DNA of 64,000 nucleotides from Patellaria atrata CBS 101060 (taxonomy: Eukaryota): positions 124,001-188,000 of the forward strand of contig MU006104.1 of the NCBI GenBank assembly GCA_010093705.1, written 5' to 3'. This document shows, one piece after another, positions 38,511-51,100 of the stretch (positions are counted from its first letter, which is position 1; each line of letters opens with the position of its first letter). The notes beneath the pieces were generated by a model that worked only from the letters and a program-made list of their open reading frames with translations, ran no database searches and was not told the origin of the DNA. Both the position numbers and the translations under genes were made by a program.

Positions 38511-39747
38511 ATGACGAGCAATATTCCAGCAAAGTTGAAAGCAGTGGACATCACTCGTTTCGCCCAAAGAGCAGCGCAGTTAGAGAAAGTTAAACCCGTA
38601 GCCGCCTACTGGTGTATGTATGGCCCGGGAATACTTAATAGGGTTTAATTCTGACAATCATAACAGGCGAGTTCCATATAGTCAATCAGATACTAAATAA
38701 GGGGCTTCATACTGCCGACGATGAGTGCATGGCATATACCACTACCCTCATGGACAAACTGGAACACACGAAAACGCGAGAAGCTAATAATGATGCTATT
38801 ATCGATGATCTTGCGGCACAAGCGTACATGGAACAATTTGCTTTAGAAACTTTTCAAAGGGCTGATAACGCAGTCCGTGCTAATAAAGCATCAGCGTATG
38901 ATACCATAAGTTCCTCGCCTCAAGTCATGCTAACCCGAGCTGTCCATAAAGCCAAACCGCGGATACCTTTAGAGCTGCCGCCACATTTCTTGACTTACTG
39001 AGCACATGGGGAGCACCTAGCGAAGAGTTCCTTTCGAAATCGAAGTATGCAAAATACCATGCTCTCAGAATTGCTAAGGCTCTGAAAGCAGGGGAGGACC
39101 CAAACCTGTCAAATCCAAAACAAGAACCCACGCCAAAGACTGAGGAAGTACCATTGGACCCAAATGATCCAGATGTCCAAAAGATCAATGGCATTTCTAG
39201 ACCACCCTATGTAGAAGATTATCCTGAACATCGACAATCATCGTCACCTTTTTCAGAAACTCGTATATCTACGGCTGCTACACCTTCTATCCAAAATGCT
39301 CGTTCGCCGAATGTCACGATGGGCGATGTCTCACCACTAGAACAATCCCCAATTGAGCGTCAAGGATTGGGCGGAGGAGAATATTTCCCTCAAGTACCAA
39401 CATTTACCTCTGAGTCATCGGCACCGGGTCTCCCTACTGCCCCTCCGGATGATGGTACAGCAGCGTCCCCCACCGCCCCTGTGTTTATTGATCAACCTCC
39501 CCAAAATTTCTATCAGACGTCGCCTATATCACAACCAGCGATATTTCCACAGAGTAATATTCCACCAGCACCAGCTCCGTCTACGCAGACCAACACCAAC
39601 CGCCTGCCCCTTTATAGAACAGATGACGAGGCCATACTCATGGCGCAAAAGCACGCGAAATGGGCAATATCAGCCCTTAACTTCGAGGACGTCGAGACTG
39701 CGGTCAAGGAGCTCAGGATTGCTCTACAGTCTCTCGGAGCAAGATGA
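38511..39747 (+). CDS. VTA1: ESCRT/Vps4 cofactor Vta1
   Basis: N-terminal MIT-type region (PVAAYW|C, KSKYAKYHALRIAKALKAGEDPN), a Pro-rich linker and C-terminal VSL domain AQKHAKWAISALNFEDVETAVKEL; two introns. Confidence 0.92.
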
Positions 39748-40515
39748 AAGCACTTACACCGTTTATTCCAACGAAATCTAAAATGATTAGACCTCAGACT
39801 GGAGTTCAACGTCCGGAGGGAAAGAGAGCCATCACGTAGCACCTTTGTTCTCTCTCAATCCCGCAGTCGCAAAAGACCTGACCATGCCGAATTCTAAGGA
39901 ATACAACAAGCTGCAGGTCCTTGTTGTGATGTATATCCAACCCCTACATGAGCGTAGGAAGGAAGGCTAAATCCGGATTCCCAGTATGATCTGGATAAAA
40001 ACGCGGACCAAGAGAGATATAAAGTAGGGAAAAGTTTACTAATTGTCCCGAACCTTCTATTATACATTTTCTTCATATACCGCTGTATTGTCATTTCTTC
40101 GCTAATCTACGGCTGACCCCTCGAACTAGGACGAAGAGGATCGATGTCGCAAGCGGCAGGGTGTTATTGCAAAGTACCACAGAATTCCGAGTAGTAGTAC
40201 TATTGTTATTATACTGTAATTTACCTGTAGATATGTCCTATTTGCGAAACAGAAGATTAATACACTCTGTATCCCTTAAGTTGAATTGATGTTGAAGTTC
40301 CTTGGCATATCTCGGGAGCCCACCCCAGCCCACATCAGCCCCACTTACCCCCCGGTTGCCGTGCGAACTCCAGCTTTAAGGTAGCTTGCAAATAAGGCTG
40401 AGTCGACTGATTTCATCCAAAGCCTTCCATTACCCGCGACGCACTCCCGTCGCGCGTATCTCATGACACTTACTTCTCTCTACCTTTACCCCTTGAAACC
40501 GTTTACGCAGACGAT

Positions 40516-41627
40516 ATGGTTAGGCGGTTCGTCGAAGGCTCTTTCACTAATGGCCAGTGGCATTGTTCGTATTGCAGAACTCCCCGCTCAAGTAGACCTC
40601 TAACAGCCCTTCTCTAGGCGCCTGTAATAAACCGGCGGTACGTCTTCAGGTGAAATCGAATACGGCAAATCAGGGTCGCTACTGTATGTAATGAGTCAAT
40701 CCACAGTCTTCACACTAACAGTTCATTCAGTCCAGAAATGCGCAACGGATAAGTGCAAGTTTTGGTGGTTTGAGAATGAACTTGACAGGAAGTTACAAGA
40801 TCAGCCTTCTACGAGTGAGCCATCTTCAATAACACCCAGATCAAGAAGGACAGGGAATCTCTCCTCACCCCCGCCACCATATTCGGAGCTGGGACAGCAA
40901 GCACCAAGAACTCCGACGAATCAAAATGGGAACAGGAGGGCTCAGGGTGAAGAACATGCGATAGCTCAGGGCATAGAGTCCGCGCGACAGTTGACATCAG
41001 AAAGGGCCTGGAAAGCCCCAAGAACTGGCACATTTACAACTCCTGCGAAAAGGAGGTTCTCCGACATGAATAGGGACGGGAATCACGAGGTGCCTACTCC
41101 TGCGACTAAACAAGGGCCGCACGATCGAGCTACCACCGCGTGGACAGGGGCGAACGCAGTCCGTAGGACTCTCTTCCCGCCGCGTACTGAAGAAACGCCC
41201 ATAAATAAAACTGTACCTGTTCCTCCCTCCCCGGTAACACCAAGCTCGTCCCAGGATAGAGTCACTACTGGCCAAGGTCAAGATATGGTAGAAGAGATAT
41301 TAGATTTCTTAAAGGAAGAAGGAGTTACACTCAGTGAAGAACCCTATGCAAGGTTCGCAACGTTACTTAAGAGATATGCTCTCAACCTTCGCACGATGGC
41401 TAAAGGGTACGCCACCATATCAGTTAGGTTGAGTTGTGCGCTAACTACTGGGTAGCCGTGATGCTGTCAGGGCCGCCGTGAACGCAAAGGAAGAAACAAT
41501 CAAAGAAATGACGTATCGGATCAGTACTCTGGAAGCGCGGTTAGAAGCAGAGCAAGCAAATACCGCTGCCTTAACAGCTGAGATCGAAGAGTTGAGGTTC
41601 GCAAGAGACCATTATGAGACAGGTTGA
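40516..41627 (+). CDS. Hypothetical protein with N-terminal GRF-type zinc finger and C-terminal coiled coil
   Basis: Spliced N-terminus FTNGQWHC|ACNKPAVRLQVKSNTANQGRY|FQKCATDKCKFWW fits C-x-C...GRxF-x2-C-x4-C-x-F. Introns at about 40566-40617, 40683-40730 and 41407-41455. The last exon is GRDAVRAAVNAKEETIKEM (heptad-like). Confidence 0.7.
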
Positions 41628-43047
41628 GGAGAGTGTTATAATCTGTTGTGTTACACACCTACGATACCCCATCTTTTGCTGTTGCACGAGTACCCTAATC
41701 CTTTTCTGTCCATGACTCGAATATATGGAAGTTCGGTTCGTTCCTCGTACTTCTCTATCTCCCCTTCGATTTGTCGCGAGCATTAAGAAAGCACTCTCTC
41801 GAAATAGTCAACCTTTACGCTTACGAGAGGCGTCTCTCTGAAGGATCACAAGCGTAATTCCGAATTTGAGGTCATCGTATCCTGCAGTAAGTTTATCCAA
41901 GCTGCGACTTGGACCTCATCCCTTTTTTCACCCTTTGAAAGGAGATGCCCGACCTAGCTAGCAGTTGCGGTATTTTAGGTTGGTTATACAGCTCTATGAA
42001 GGGCACATATCTGGATATAGCTACTGTATCCGCGTGGACTAGGATACAATAGATGGCGTATGCTACATCGGAGCTTGTGAGAAAAGCAAATGTTGCACAG
42101 TGCGCCCAACGCCTGTTAGACGGGGTTGTGAAGAAGTGGTTGCAACGGTCGGCAACGCATGATTTTCCAAGGGCCTCCTTAGAGATTGGAAGCACAAAAA
42201 TTCCTTGCTCGGTAGGCCGGTGTTCAGCTGGGTCGGGTAGAACTACAGTACATAAGACAGGGACGCAGGGTAAGCGTAAGCGATGCCGGGCTATTCGGAG
42301 TCGGCACCTTTTTAATCAAAGGCTGATCGCCTTATCAAGTTGTCAAGGCTCGCTATACTTCTTTGAGACGTAACACGTGACTTTGATTCATTGGACTTAG
42401 ATGCAAACAAAGCAAATTTCCGCTTTTAACATGGATTTAGTCGAGCTCTCAACTAGAACACGAAGCTTAAATTGACCCGCACTTTGAGGTGACCAGTTGA
42501 CTAGTTGACCACGGTGACCTTATACCATCTCAATTAAGAATTAATTCCATAGTAGAGATGAGGGGACGTAGAAATCATTAGGCAACTTTTTGCACATAAG
42601 GTAAGACAGAGGTAGGGATCCTTGAATTGCAATCTGCTTGTTTCCCATTCCTTCTCCTCTAATCATGACGATTGCGAGATTTGTGCGCTTTGCCACGCGC
42701 GCTTTGTGCGGTGGAACATTCACGATATTTAGCTACAAGTCCAGATCCCAATTTCACTCTTTCGATCCTGTGTATCGTGCTTCTTAATTCCCTAAACATT
42801 CGTTATTCTTTGTGTTCAGAAAAGAATTCGATAAGAGTTGCCCGTAACTCCTTGCATCAAGTAACAAGGCGTGTGCTCAATACCGAACCAGTCATATCAC
42901 CCAATTGTCGGCTCCGTCGGGGCGAGGGGCATCAACTTTCATTAAGAATATTACCTGTACCGGAAAACTGTTGATCCTGCACGTTGCACTTCTGCATTTC
43001 TTGGTACCCCGGTGATATTCGATATAAATCCCGGAAACAAGTGCACC

Positions 43048-46000
43048 ATGGCCAGTTCACTTAAATCTGCCAAGGCCCGATCTACCTGGGCAAGTCGTTT
43101 GGTGTTGACAACTCTGTTCATATCTAACCTTCATTGCCCATCATGCGTCAGAAGCATTGAAAACGCTTTTCTGGAACTGGTACCGAAGCCACTCTCGATT
43201 TCCGTATCCATACTGTCACACCGAATTGACGTTCGACATGATATCGACTTGACTACGGCAACACTAATCAACACTCTCGAGCTCACCGGTTTCGAAGTCC
43301 ACAGCACATTTCAAACTACTGCAGAGAACACTGAGCAAATCGAAGTGAAGAAGTCTGATGACCCAATCTGGAAAGAGAGTCTCCATAAAGCAGTTTCCCG
43401 GTGGGAAAACGCGCCAAAACCGGAACTAAACGTAGCAACGGAGAAAATGGAAAAGCATTTAGAACAATGTGAGCAGTGTAGGGTTGAGGTGGGATCCAAG
43501 GACCAATCCGATGTTCCCAGTAAAACCACCACCAAAATAACATCTGATCATTCAGATATGGGAATAGAGAAGATACCCCAGTTTCCATTCGGTAAGGAGT
43601 TCATCGTTGTTGAACAGGTCCCCCAAACCGAGCTCTTCAAAGCATCATTGACCATCACTGGGATGACATGCAGTTCCTGCGTGGCAAGCATCACAATGAT
43701 CTTGGATGCTTATCCATGGATCGATTCTGTTAATGTTAACCTGCTTACAAATAGTGCGAGTGTTTCTTTCCAGGGCAAGGATCATATCAACACAATCATT
43801 GAATCCATTGAGAATGCTGGCTTTGATGCTGCAGTGGAACATCTGGAGGAACTGAACCCATCGAAAGCCCACCCTCCTCAACTTGGTCATGATCGCTGGC
43901 TAGCTACATATGCTATTGGCGGTATGACCTGCGCGGCCTGCGTAGGGAATATAACTCAAGCACTTCAGCAGCATGGATGGATTGAATCTGTCGATGTTAA
44001 TCTGATCTCAAATAGCGCATCAATCGTCTTCCAGGGGAAAGACCACCTATCAACCATCAAGGAAACCATTGAAGATGTAGGATATGATGCAACCCTGGAT
44101 AATATCATTAATGCTGCAGTAGAGGTCAAAGATGATGTCGCCCGGTCTGTTTCGATACGAGTCGATGGGATGTTCTGTTCCCATTGTCCAAATCGGATTT
44201 TACAGGCACTAAAAGAAACGTACGGTCCACGTCTAGATATTGAGACAATTGAAGCTAGCAGGACAACGAATTTTAAGATGTCTTACCTTCCACAGGCGCC
44301 AGACTTTACGATACGCCATATTTTGGCGTCTATCGCGGCGCTGAACCCGGACTTCGATCCTTATGTGTATCATCCTCAGTCACTCGAGGACCGAGCAAGA
44401 GAGATGCATTTAAGAGAAAGACGCAGGATTCTCTTACGTCTTGCTCTGTCTGTCACCGTGGCCATACCTACATTTCTCATTGGTGTAGTCTTTATGGCGT
44501 TGTTCCCAATGGGGAACTTCTCGAGGCATTATCTGATGCAACCGATGTGGGCAGGGAGCGTCAGTCGCGGCCAATGGGCCCTGTTTATCTTGGCTACACC
44601 AATTTACTTCTTCGCAGCGGATGTTTTCCATAGACGAGCCCTAAAGGAGGTCTATTCCATGTGGCGCCCCGGAAGCCGGACACCTGTCCTAAGAAGATTC
44701 ATACGGTTTGGTAGTATGAATATGCTCATGTCTCTTGGAACCAGCATTGCATATTTCGCCTCTGTTGCTGAGCTTTCCTTGGGCGCATCAGGAGCAGTGA
44801 TAATTCATGATGGCGATTTCTATTTCGACGCGGTTGTCTTCCTCACCATGTTCCTTCTCACTGGGCGTTTTCTCGAAGCATATAGTAAGGCTAAAACGGG
44901 CGATGCTGTTGCATCGCTCGGCAAATTGCGCCCAGAACACGCAACACTCGTTGACCCTTCAGCTGGTGGCGATCAAAAGATCGCAGTGGACCTTTTGGAC
45001 GTTGGCGATATTGTCAGGATTCCTCAGGGCACCTCACCCCCATTCGACGGCGTTGTTGTCGAAGGTGATACAAACTTCGACGAGTCTAGCTTGACGGGTG
45101 AATCTAGGCTCATCAGCAAAACTGTGGGGGATGAGGTATTTTCAGGCACAGTAAATCGCCTGGGGCCGATATCGATCAAGCTCACACGCACGTCCGGGAA
45201 GTCTATGCTTGATCAGATCATTAATGCTGTCCGAGAAGGGCAAACCAAGCGGGCTCCAGTAGAACGTGTTGCTGACATTATAACCGGAAGCTTCGTACCT
45301 ATTGTCGTACTGATAGCTGTTACAACGTGGATCGTGTGGCTGACCCTAGGTACCACCGGTGCGTTACCTAAGGATTACAGAGGCGACGATAAAATCAATT
45401 GGGCTCTATGGTCTGTAAGATTCGCCATCTCCGTCTTCGTAATCGCATGTCCTTGTGGTATTGGTCTCGCAGCACCGACTGCATTATTCGTCGGCGGCGG
45501 GCTTGCTGCTCACCACGGCATCCTCGTCAAAGGAGGTGGTGAGGCCTTTCAGGAAGCAAGTGGCCTCGATTGTATTGTTTTTGACAAAACAGGAACTTTG
45601 ACGCAGGGTGGTGATCCAGCTGTCCTAGATTTCGAGAAATTGTCTGAAGTGGACGAGAAGACGTTGTTAGGAATGACTAAGAAAATGGAAGAAAGTAGCA
45701 GTCATCCGATTGCCGGCGCTATTGCGTCCTACTGCTCAGCCAGATCACCTGTTTCTATGGAACCCACTTTCATCGATGAGATCCCGGGGAAGGGCCTAAA
45801 AGGCGAGTTCAGAACTGAGAGTGGAGTTACAGAGGTCATCATCGGCAACGAAACACTTATGGCTGATTTCCACGTTGCTGTTGATCAACCAACTGGAGAA
45901 TTGCTGGATATTTGGAAGCGACAAGGGAAATCTGTAGCATTACTTGCTATTGCTCCGCCAGTTGCCTCCGATGCTGACGTCACGGAGGCGTCCTCGACTA

Positions 46001-46692
46001 CTTGGATGTTAGCGGCAGCATTCTCCATCTCAGACGCAATACGAGAAGAGGCACGGCCGACTGTCGCGGCGCTCCAATCGCGAGGAATCGCTGTGTGGAT
46101 GCTCTCTGGGGACAATCATATCACAGCTACCGCAGTAGGGGCAGAAATCGGCATCGATGCTTCCAACATCATCGCAGGTGTCCTACCAGACCAAAAAGCG
46201 GAGAAGATCCAATTCCTCCAAAAGTCTCTTCCTAAACGGCGTGGCAGAAAGGGTCGAGCAATTGTCGCCATGGTTGGCGACGGTATCAACGACTCCCCCG
46301 CCCTCGCCATGGCCGACGTAGGCATCGCAATCGGTTCCGGGTCCGACGTCGCCCTCTCCTCTGCGTCGTTTGTCCTTATCTCTTCCAACCTAACTTCTCT
46401 GCTCGTTCTTATCGATCTCAGTAGGAAAGTGTTCAGGCGCGTTTGGTTCAATTTCGGCTGGGCTTTGGTGTACAATGTCGTGGCGATGCCTATTGCGGCG
46501 GGCGTATTGTATCCGGTGAAGACACCGGGTGGGGGAAGGATCAAGTTGGCTCCGGCTTGGGCGGCTTTAGCTATGGCACTGAGCAGTGTCAGTGTGGTTT
46601 GTAGTAGTTTGCTGCTGAGGAGTAAGGTCCCTGGGGTTGGATTCAGGGTCTCTAAAGAGGTACAGACTGTACAAGTCGTAGGGGGGAGATGA
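43048..46692 (+). CDS. Cu(I)-transporting P1B-type ATPase (CrpA/Crd1-like)
   Basis: Intronless. HMA motifs HCPSC, MTCSSC, MTCAAC and MFCSHC; TGES, ACPC, DKTGT, HP, GDGINDSP, YN and MALSS (P1B-1 signature). First ATG at 43048. Confidence 0.92.
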   Translation: MASSLKSAKARSTWASRLVLTTLFISNLHCPSCVRSIENAFLELVPKPLSISVSILSHRIDVRHDIDLTTATLINTLELTGFEVHSTFQTTAENTEQIEVKKSDDPIWKESLHKAVSRWENAPKPELNVATEKMEKHLEQCEQCRVEVGSKDQSDVPSKTTTKITSDHSDMGIEKIPQFPFGKEFIVVEQVPQTELFKASLTITGMTCSSCVASITMILDAYPWIDSVNVNLLTNSASVSFQGKDHINTIIESIENAGFDAAVEHLEELNPSKAHPPQLGHDRWLATYAIGGMTCAACVGNITQALQQHGWIESVDVNLISNSASIVFQGKDHLSTIKETIEDVGYDATLDNIINAAVEVKDDVARSVSIRVDGMFCSHCPNRILQALKETYGPRLDIETIEASRTTNFKMSYLPQAPDFTIRHILASIAALNPDFDPYVYHPQSLEDRAREMHLRERRRILLRLALSVTVAIPTFLIGVVFMALFPMGNFSRHYLMQPMWAGSVSRGQWALFILATPIYFFAADVFHRRALKEVYSMWRPGSRTPVLRRFIRFGSMNMLMSLGTSIAYFASVAELSLGASGAVIIHDGDFYFDAVVFLTMFLLTGRFLEAYSKAKTGDAVASLGKLRPEHATLVDPSAGGDQKIAVDLLDVGDIVRIPQGTSPPFDGVVVEGDTNFDESSLTGESRLISKTVGDEVFSGTVNRLGPISIKLTRTSGKSMLDQIINAVREGQTKRAPVERVADIITGSFVPIVVLIAVTTWIVWLTLGTTGALPKDYRGDDKINWALWSVRFAISVFVIACPCGIGLAAPTALFVGGGLAAHHGILVKGGGEAFQEASGLDCIVFDKTGTLTQGGDPAVLDFEKLSEVDEKTLLGMTKKMEESSSHPIAGAIASYCSARSPVSMEPTFIDEIPGKGLKGEFRTESGVTEVIIGNETLMADFHVAVDQPTGELLDIWKRQGKSVALLAIAPPVASDADVTEASSTTWMLAAAFSISDAIREEARPTVAALQSRGIAVWMLSGDNHITATAVGAEIGIDASNIIAGVLPDQKAEKIQFLQKSLPKRRGRKGRAIVAMVGDGINDSPALAMADVGIAIGSGSDVALSSASFVLISSNLTSLLVLIDLSRKVFRRVWFNFGWALVYNVVAMPIAAGVLYPVKTPGGGRIKLAPAWAALAMALSSVSVVCSSLLLRSKVPGVGFRVSKEVQTVQVVGGR

Positions 46693-47657
46693 TAGGCGTT
46701 GACTCTCTACCATGAGACTTTGATTTGAACTACATGCTGTGTGTAGTTGCTGATATAATAAAGAATGCAGCATGTTTACTTGTTACACCCTCATCCTCTT
46801 CGGAATTTGTGGTTACCTTTTGTGAGTTGTCACAGCTTTCTAATTTGGTTGATGCTGTGCTACTACGGTACGGAGTCGGTGAGGTATCTCTCCTTGCTTG
46901 TGATGGGTGAAATCAAAGGTATTTATTTATTCGGGAGGTTGAACTGTCAGTGTCCGTCCCAAAGTGGAACTGCCCACATTTTATATGGGGTGCCAATACA
47001 GGTACCACCCCGTCAAATTATAGAACTACATTAGCATAGCAAAGAACGCTAGCAGAATGATTACATCGAACTTGTAAAACACGCAAACCTTTACTTTTAA
47101 GATGAGGATGGAGTATCTGTGAGTTTTGCTTGCAAGGTATGAATGTTTCGTTTCCTGAATACTGTGTACGGGCAAATGATGGAAAGTCGGCCTGAAGGGA
47201 ATGGCCGGTATGAATCGGTTTCAGAGAATGCGTGGGTAGCCCATGTCATCGTCACACGGTCCCGACAGCGGGCCGAGGGAAGGCAGATCTGAAATGCGGT
47301 GCTTCCAACAGGCCACACTGTGGACGTTTCATCTTAGGTCGTGATGCCAAAGGGAGGGATATGTCATTTACAGGCATTATAGAAATCGTTGCGGATGTGA
47401 TTCATGAGTTGTTGAGAGCTGAAGTTGATGTCAGCGATGCGAATGATAGATAAAAGATTTGATATGCGGTAGAAGTTTAAGGGGAGGTTGGAATAGATGG
47501 ATTGGGCTTTAGTGTAAGTGTAATAAACGAGTTGAGCGTGTGTCACGAAACGGTGATTGGTTCAGGGGCACGGCAAATCTCTTTTTCTCATCATTCCAAT
47601 TGACGTCCCGAGCAACCGCCAAGAGGAGAAGATAGAGTGGAGAGCTGCTTCGTTCAT

Positions 47658-47742
47658 CTTCAACTCCCCTTCAACTCCCCTTCAACCCCCCTTCAACTCC
47701 CCTTCAACCCCCCTTCAACCCCCCTTCAACCCCCTTCAACTC
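47658..47742 (+). repeat. Minisatellite, about 8 copies of an 11-bp unit CTTCAACYCCC
   Basis: Directly visible tandem array upstream of RAX2. Confidence 0.9.
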
Positions 47743-48121
47743 AAACAATTCCTCGAATAAACTTCATCCGGGAAGCTCAACATCCTCAATTCTCTCACTG
47801 CTTCACTGCAGGACTCCCCTTGGACGCTCGTAAAAAACTAACCATAGTCGCTCGTTGTAACGTTCCTTGTCGCATAAGAATCCACCCGAGTTACGCACCA
47901 CGGGCACCCCTACAACCTCATCCTTGGCTCCCATCACCTGTAACCTGCTTTTCCTCTCTCACACTGACTGCATCCCTTTCAATCGTCATGTTCTTCGAAT
48001 TACGAGCTTGAGAATCGAGAAACCAACATCGAGAAACCAACATCGAGAATCCTCGTCGAGCGATTGACTGAGCACCTATCGTCGCGACAAAACGCGCTTC
48101 TCATCGCCGCCGGTTCGGGCG

Positions 48122-51100
48122 ATGAGGAAGCTCACTTCGTTACTGGGCTCAACCGAGACCAATCTCGCAACCCTTCTCCTCGCCATATCTTCTCTCACCT
48201 TACACAATGTCGCCGCATTCGATTTCAATCCCGTTCCATCTCCAAACCTCGATTTAGATCAGTTGGGCCGCGTCGCTCTCGCTGGAGATTTCGACTCGAT
48301 ATCGCTCTACCAATATGAAGGACAAACTCAAAATGGCTTCTCCTCCAACGGGACTCAATCCGTCCTTGCTCGCTTTCCCAATGGCGTCTTCACCTCTGTA
48401 TCAAACGCGGACGCTCATATCGAGACTATGTGCTCTTTCGTCGACAAAGCAGGGAGAATGCATGGAGTTGTCGTCGGCGGAAATTTTACTAGTCTAGGCA
48501 GTGATGAAGCCAATGGAGTCGCGCTGGTGAATCACACAACTGGATCAATAACTCCTCTGCCGGGATTGAACGGAAGGGTAACAAGTCTTCTATGTGATCG
48601 GGATGGAGGTATAGTCTACGTGGGTGGCTCATTCTCCGGCGGCAATTCGACAAATGCTATCGCATGGGTCACAGGATGGACTAATCTTCCCTTCGCTGGA
48701 TTCAATGGACCCGTAAGATCTATCGTCAAGGGACCTAGGGGAAGAATTATTTTTGGTGGTTCGTTTGATGGTCTAGGTAATACAACCGCACCAGAAACCC
48801 CAGATGAACAGGATGTCCCCATTTCTTCGGCAAACATCACAGCAGATGGCAGCTCATTAGATCCAAGTTTCAGCGATCCACGCAATATTGTCTGCAAGAC
48901 AAATGCTGGAACCGGAGTGGGAAATTCATGGCTTCTGGCAGACAACCGCCCGGGATCCTGGACAGCTAACTTTGCCTTTGGCTTTAATCCCACAAAAATA
49001 CGCCTATGGAATACTCCCGAAGGAGATCGAGGAACGAAGACTTGGAGATTTACTGCATTGCCACTGGGTGGAATTCTCAACCTTACCTTTGCCGATCCAG
49101 AAACTGGAGAAACCCGATACTGTGATCAGACATGTCCTCTCCCAGATAACAACTCCACGGCACAAGATTTCTTCTTAGTAAATAAACCGATTGGCATGAA
49201 CGCCTTTAGGATTGACATCTCCGACTGGTACGGAAGTGGAGGAGGATTAGCTGGTATTCAGCTTTCCCAAGACGGTATGTATCCTAAACATTTACTGCGT
49301 TTCAACTTTCTGTCTTACATATCTAGATATCTACACATTCGCAATTGATGATTTCAACTCACCCAAATGTACTGGCGAAGATGTCGGAGCTTCATCTACA
49401 AGTACTGGACCGTGGGCTGTGACACCCTCTGGACAAAGCTCATCATCTTATCTGACCGCATCGTTGACTGGCGATGATATTGGCATCAACTCGGCACAGG
49501 TAGTATTTCGACCCAATATCAAGCAATCGGGTAACTACTCCGTGACAGTCTATACTCCAGGATGTATTCAAGACGACACATGCGACTCCCGTGGCAGAGT
49601 CAACATCACAGGTGTCATGGGCTCCGGTACTCGCTCCTCGAATAGACCTATGTCAACCGAACTTTTCCAAACCAACAACTTCGACAAATATGACCGGGTA
49701 TATTTCGGTTACGTTGATGCAACCAGTGATTCATTTCAACCTGCCGTTACACTAGCTCCTAGCAATGGTCAGCAGGGAGATGTCACTATTGTTGCTCAAC
49801 GAGTTCGTTTTGAATTGCTCTCATCCGAGGCCAATGGTTTAAATGGACTTTTCGAATACAATCCGAATCAGGCCGAAATTGACACGGATTTCTCAGCTTC
49901 CGCTATCAATAGAGCTGGAATTGGACTCAATTCACAAGCTCTCATCACATCTTTAGCTGTTCAGGATAACACGCTGTTCGTCGCTGGCGATTTCGAAAAC
50001 CGCAACTATAGCAATATCTTCTCTATTGAAGGAAACGATATTGACAGTCTTCCGGGAGGTGGTCTGAATTCGGGAGTGTTCACTTTATACCACAAAGAGG
50101 ACGATGCCTTACTTTACGTTGGAGGTAATTTCACTAGTACTCGAGATAACAGGACGGACGGGCTCAAAGGAGTAGCCGCATACTCGATCGAGGATGGCGA
50201 ATGGCAACCCCTTGGAGCGGGTGTGCATGGTTTTGTCATGGAAATTGTGCCATTCACCTTGAACTTGACGGCGGATGAACCCGAAGATGTGATAAGCATT
50301 AATGGGTACTTTGACCGAGTTCACAAATTCGGTAACAATACAGATTTCCCTGCTCAGAACTTCGCCATCTGGGTCCCATCGCGACGGAACTGGCTCAATA
50401 ACCTAAATATAAACACGATATCGATAACGGGAAGGCTTACTGCTACAACTGAGACCCCAGACTCTGAACCTCTCTGGGCTGGTAGTGTGTCATCTCAAGG
50501 GAATAGTGCGAGCGGTGCCGTTGCGATGACAAATTCTGATCGTTTGGCCCTTCAAAACATTCCAGTCAAGATCCAACCCAAGCAGATATCGACGGAATCA
50601 TCGCGCAAGAGGGCCATTAACGGACAAAATCTCACTGGAGTAGTCGCCGGCTTGATCCACCAAGAAGGTGGCTTCAATCTAACAATATTGGGAGGTCACT
50701 TCACCGCTATGTCATCCAATGGTTCTCAAATCGACAATCTCCTCATAATGGACGGAGATGATTCGGACAAAGTCTTTGGAATCGGAAACAGTGTTGATAC
50801 TGATTCCACCTATATGGCGCTAGCTATCCATGGTAGCACTCTCTTTGCGGGTGGAATCGTATCTGGGGACGTGAACGGTGATGAACTCAACGGACTCGTT
50901 CTCTATGATCTCAACAGCAAGACTTTGGGTAACGATCAGCCACCTGCCTTTTCAGGTTCAGATGTCGCCGTAAACGCTATCCGACCCCGGCCAGAATCAG
51001 GAAACGTCTATGTTGGAGGTAACTTTGAATCTGCCGGTTCCTTTCCTTGTCCGGGCCTTTGCGTTTTCGACACGAGCCGGACCCAGTGGAGTAGCCCAGG

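Noticed and set aside
35412..46692. Including the SAM methyltransferase and the Cu ATPase in the biosynthetic cluster
   Set aside because: They are separated from it by core housekeeping genes (ALG12, PFA4, ATG6, VTA1), and I saw no TCC-N4-GGA motif in their upstream regions.
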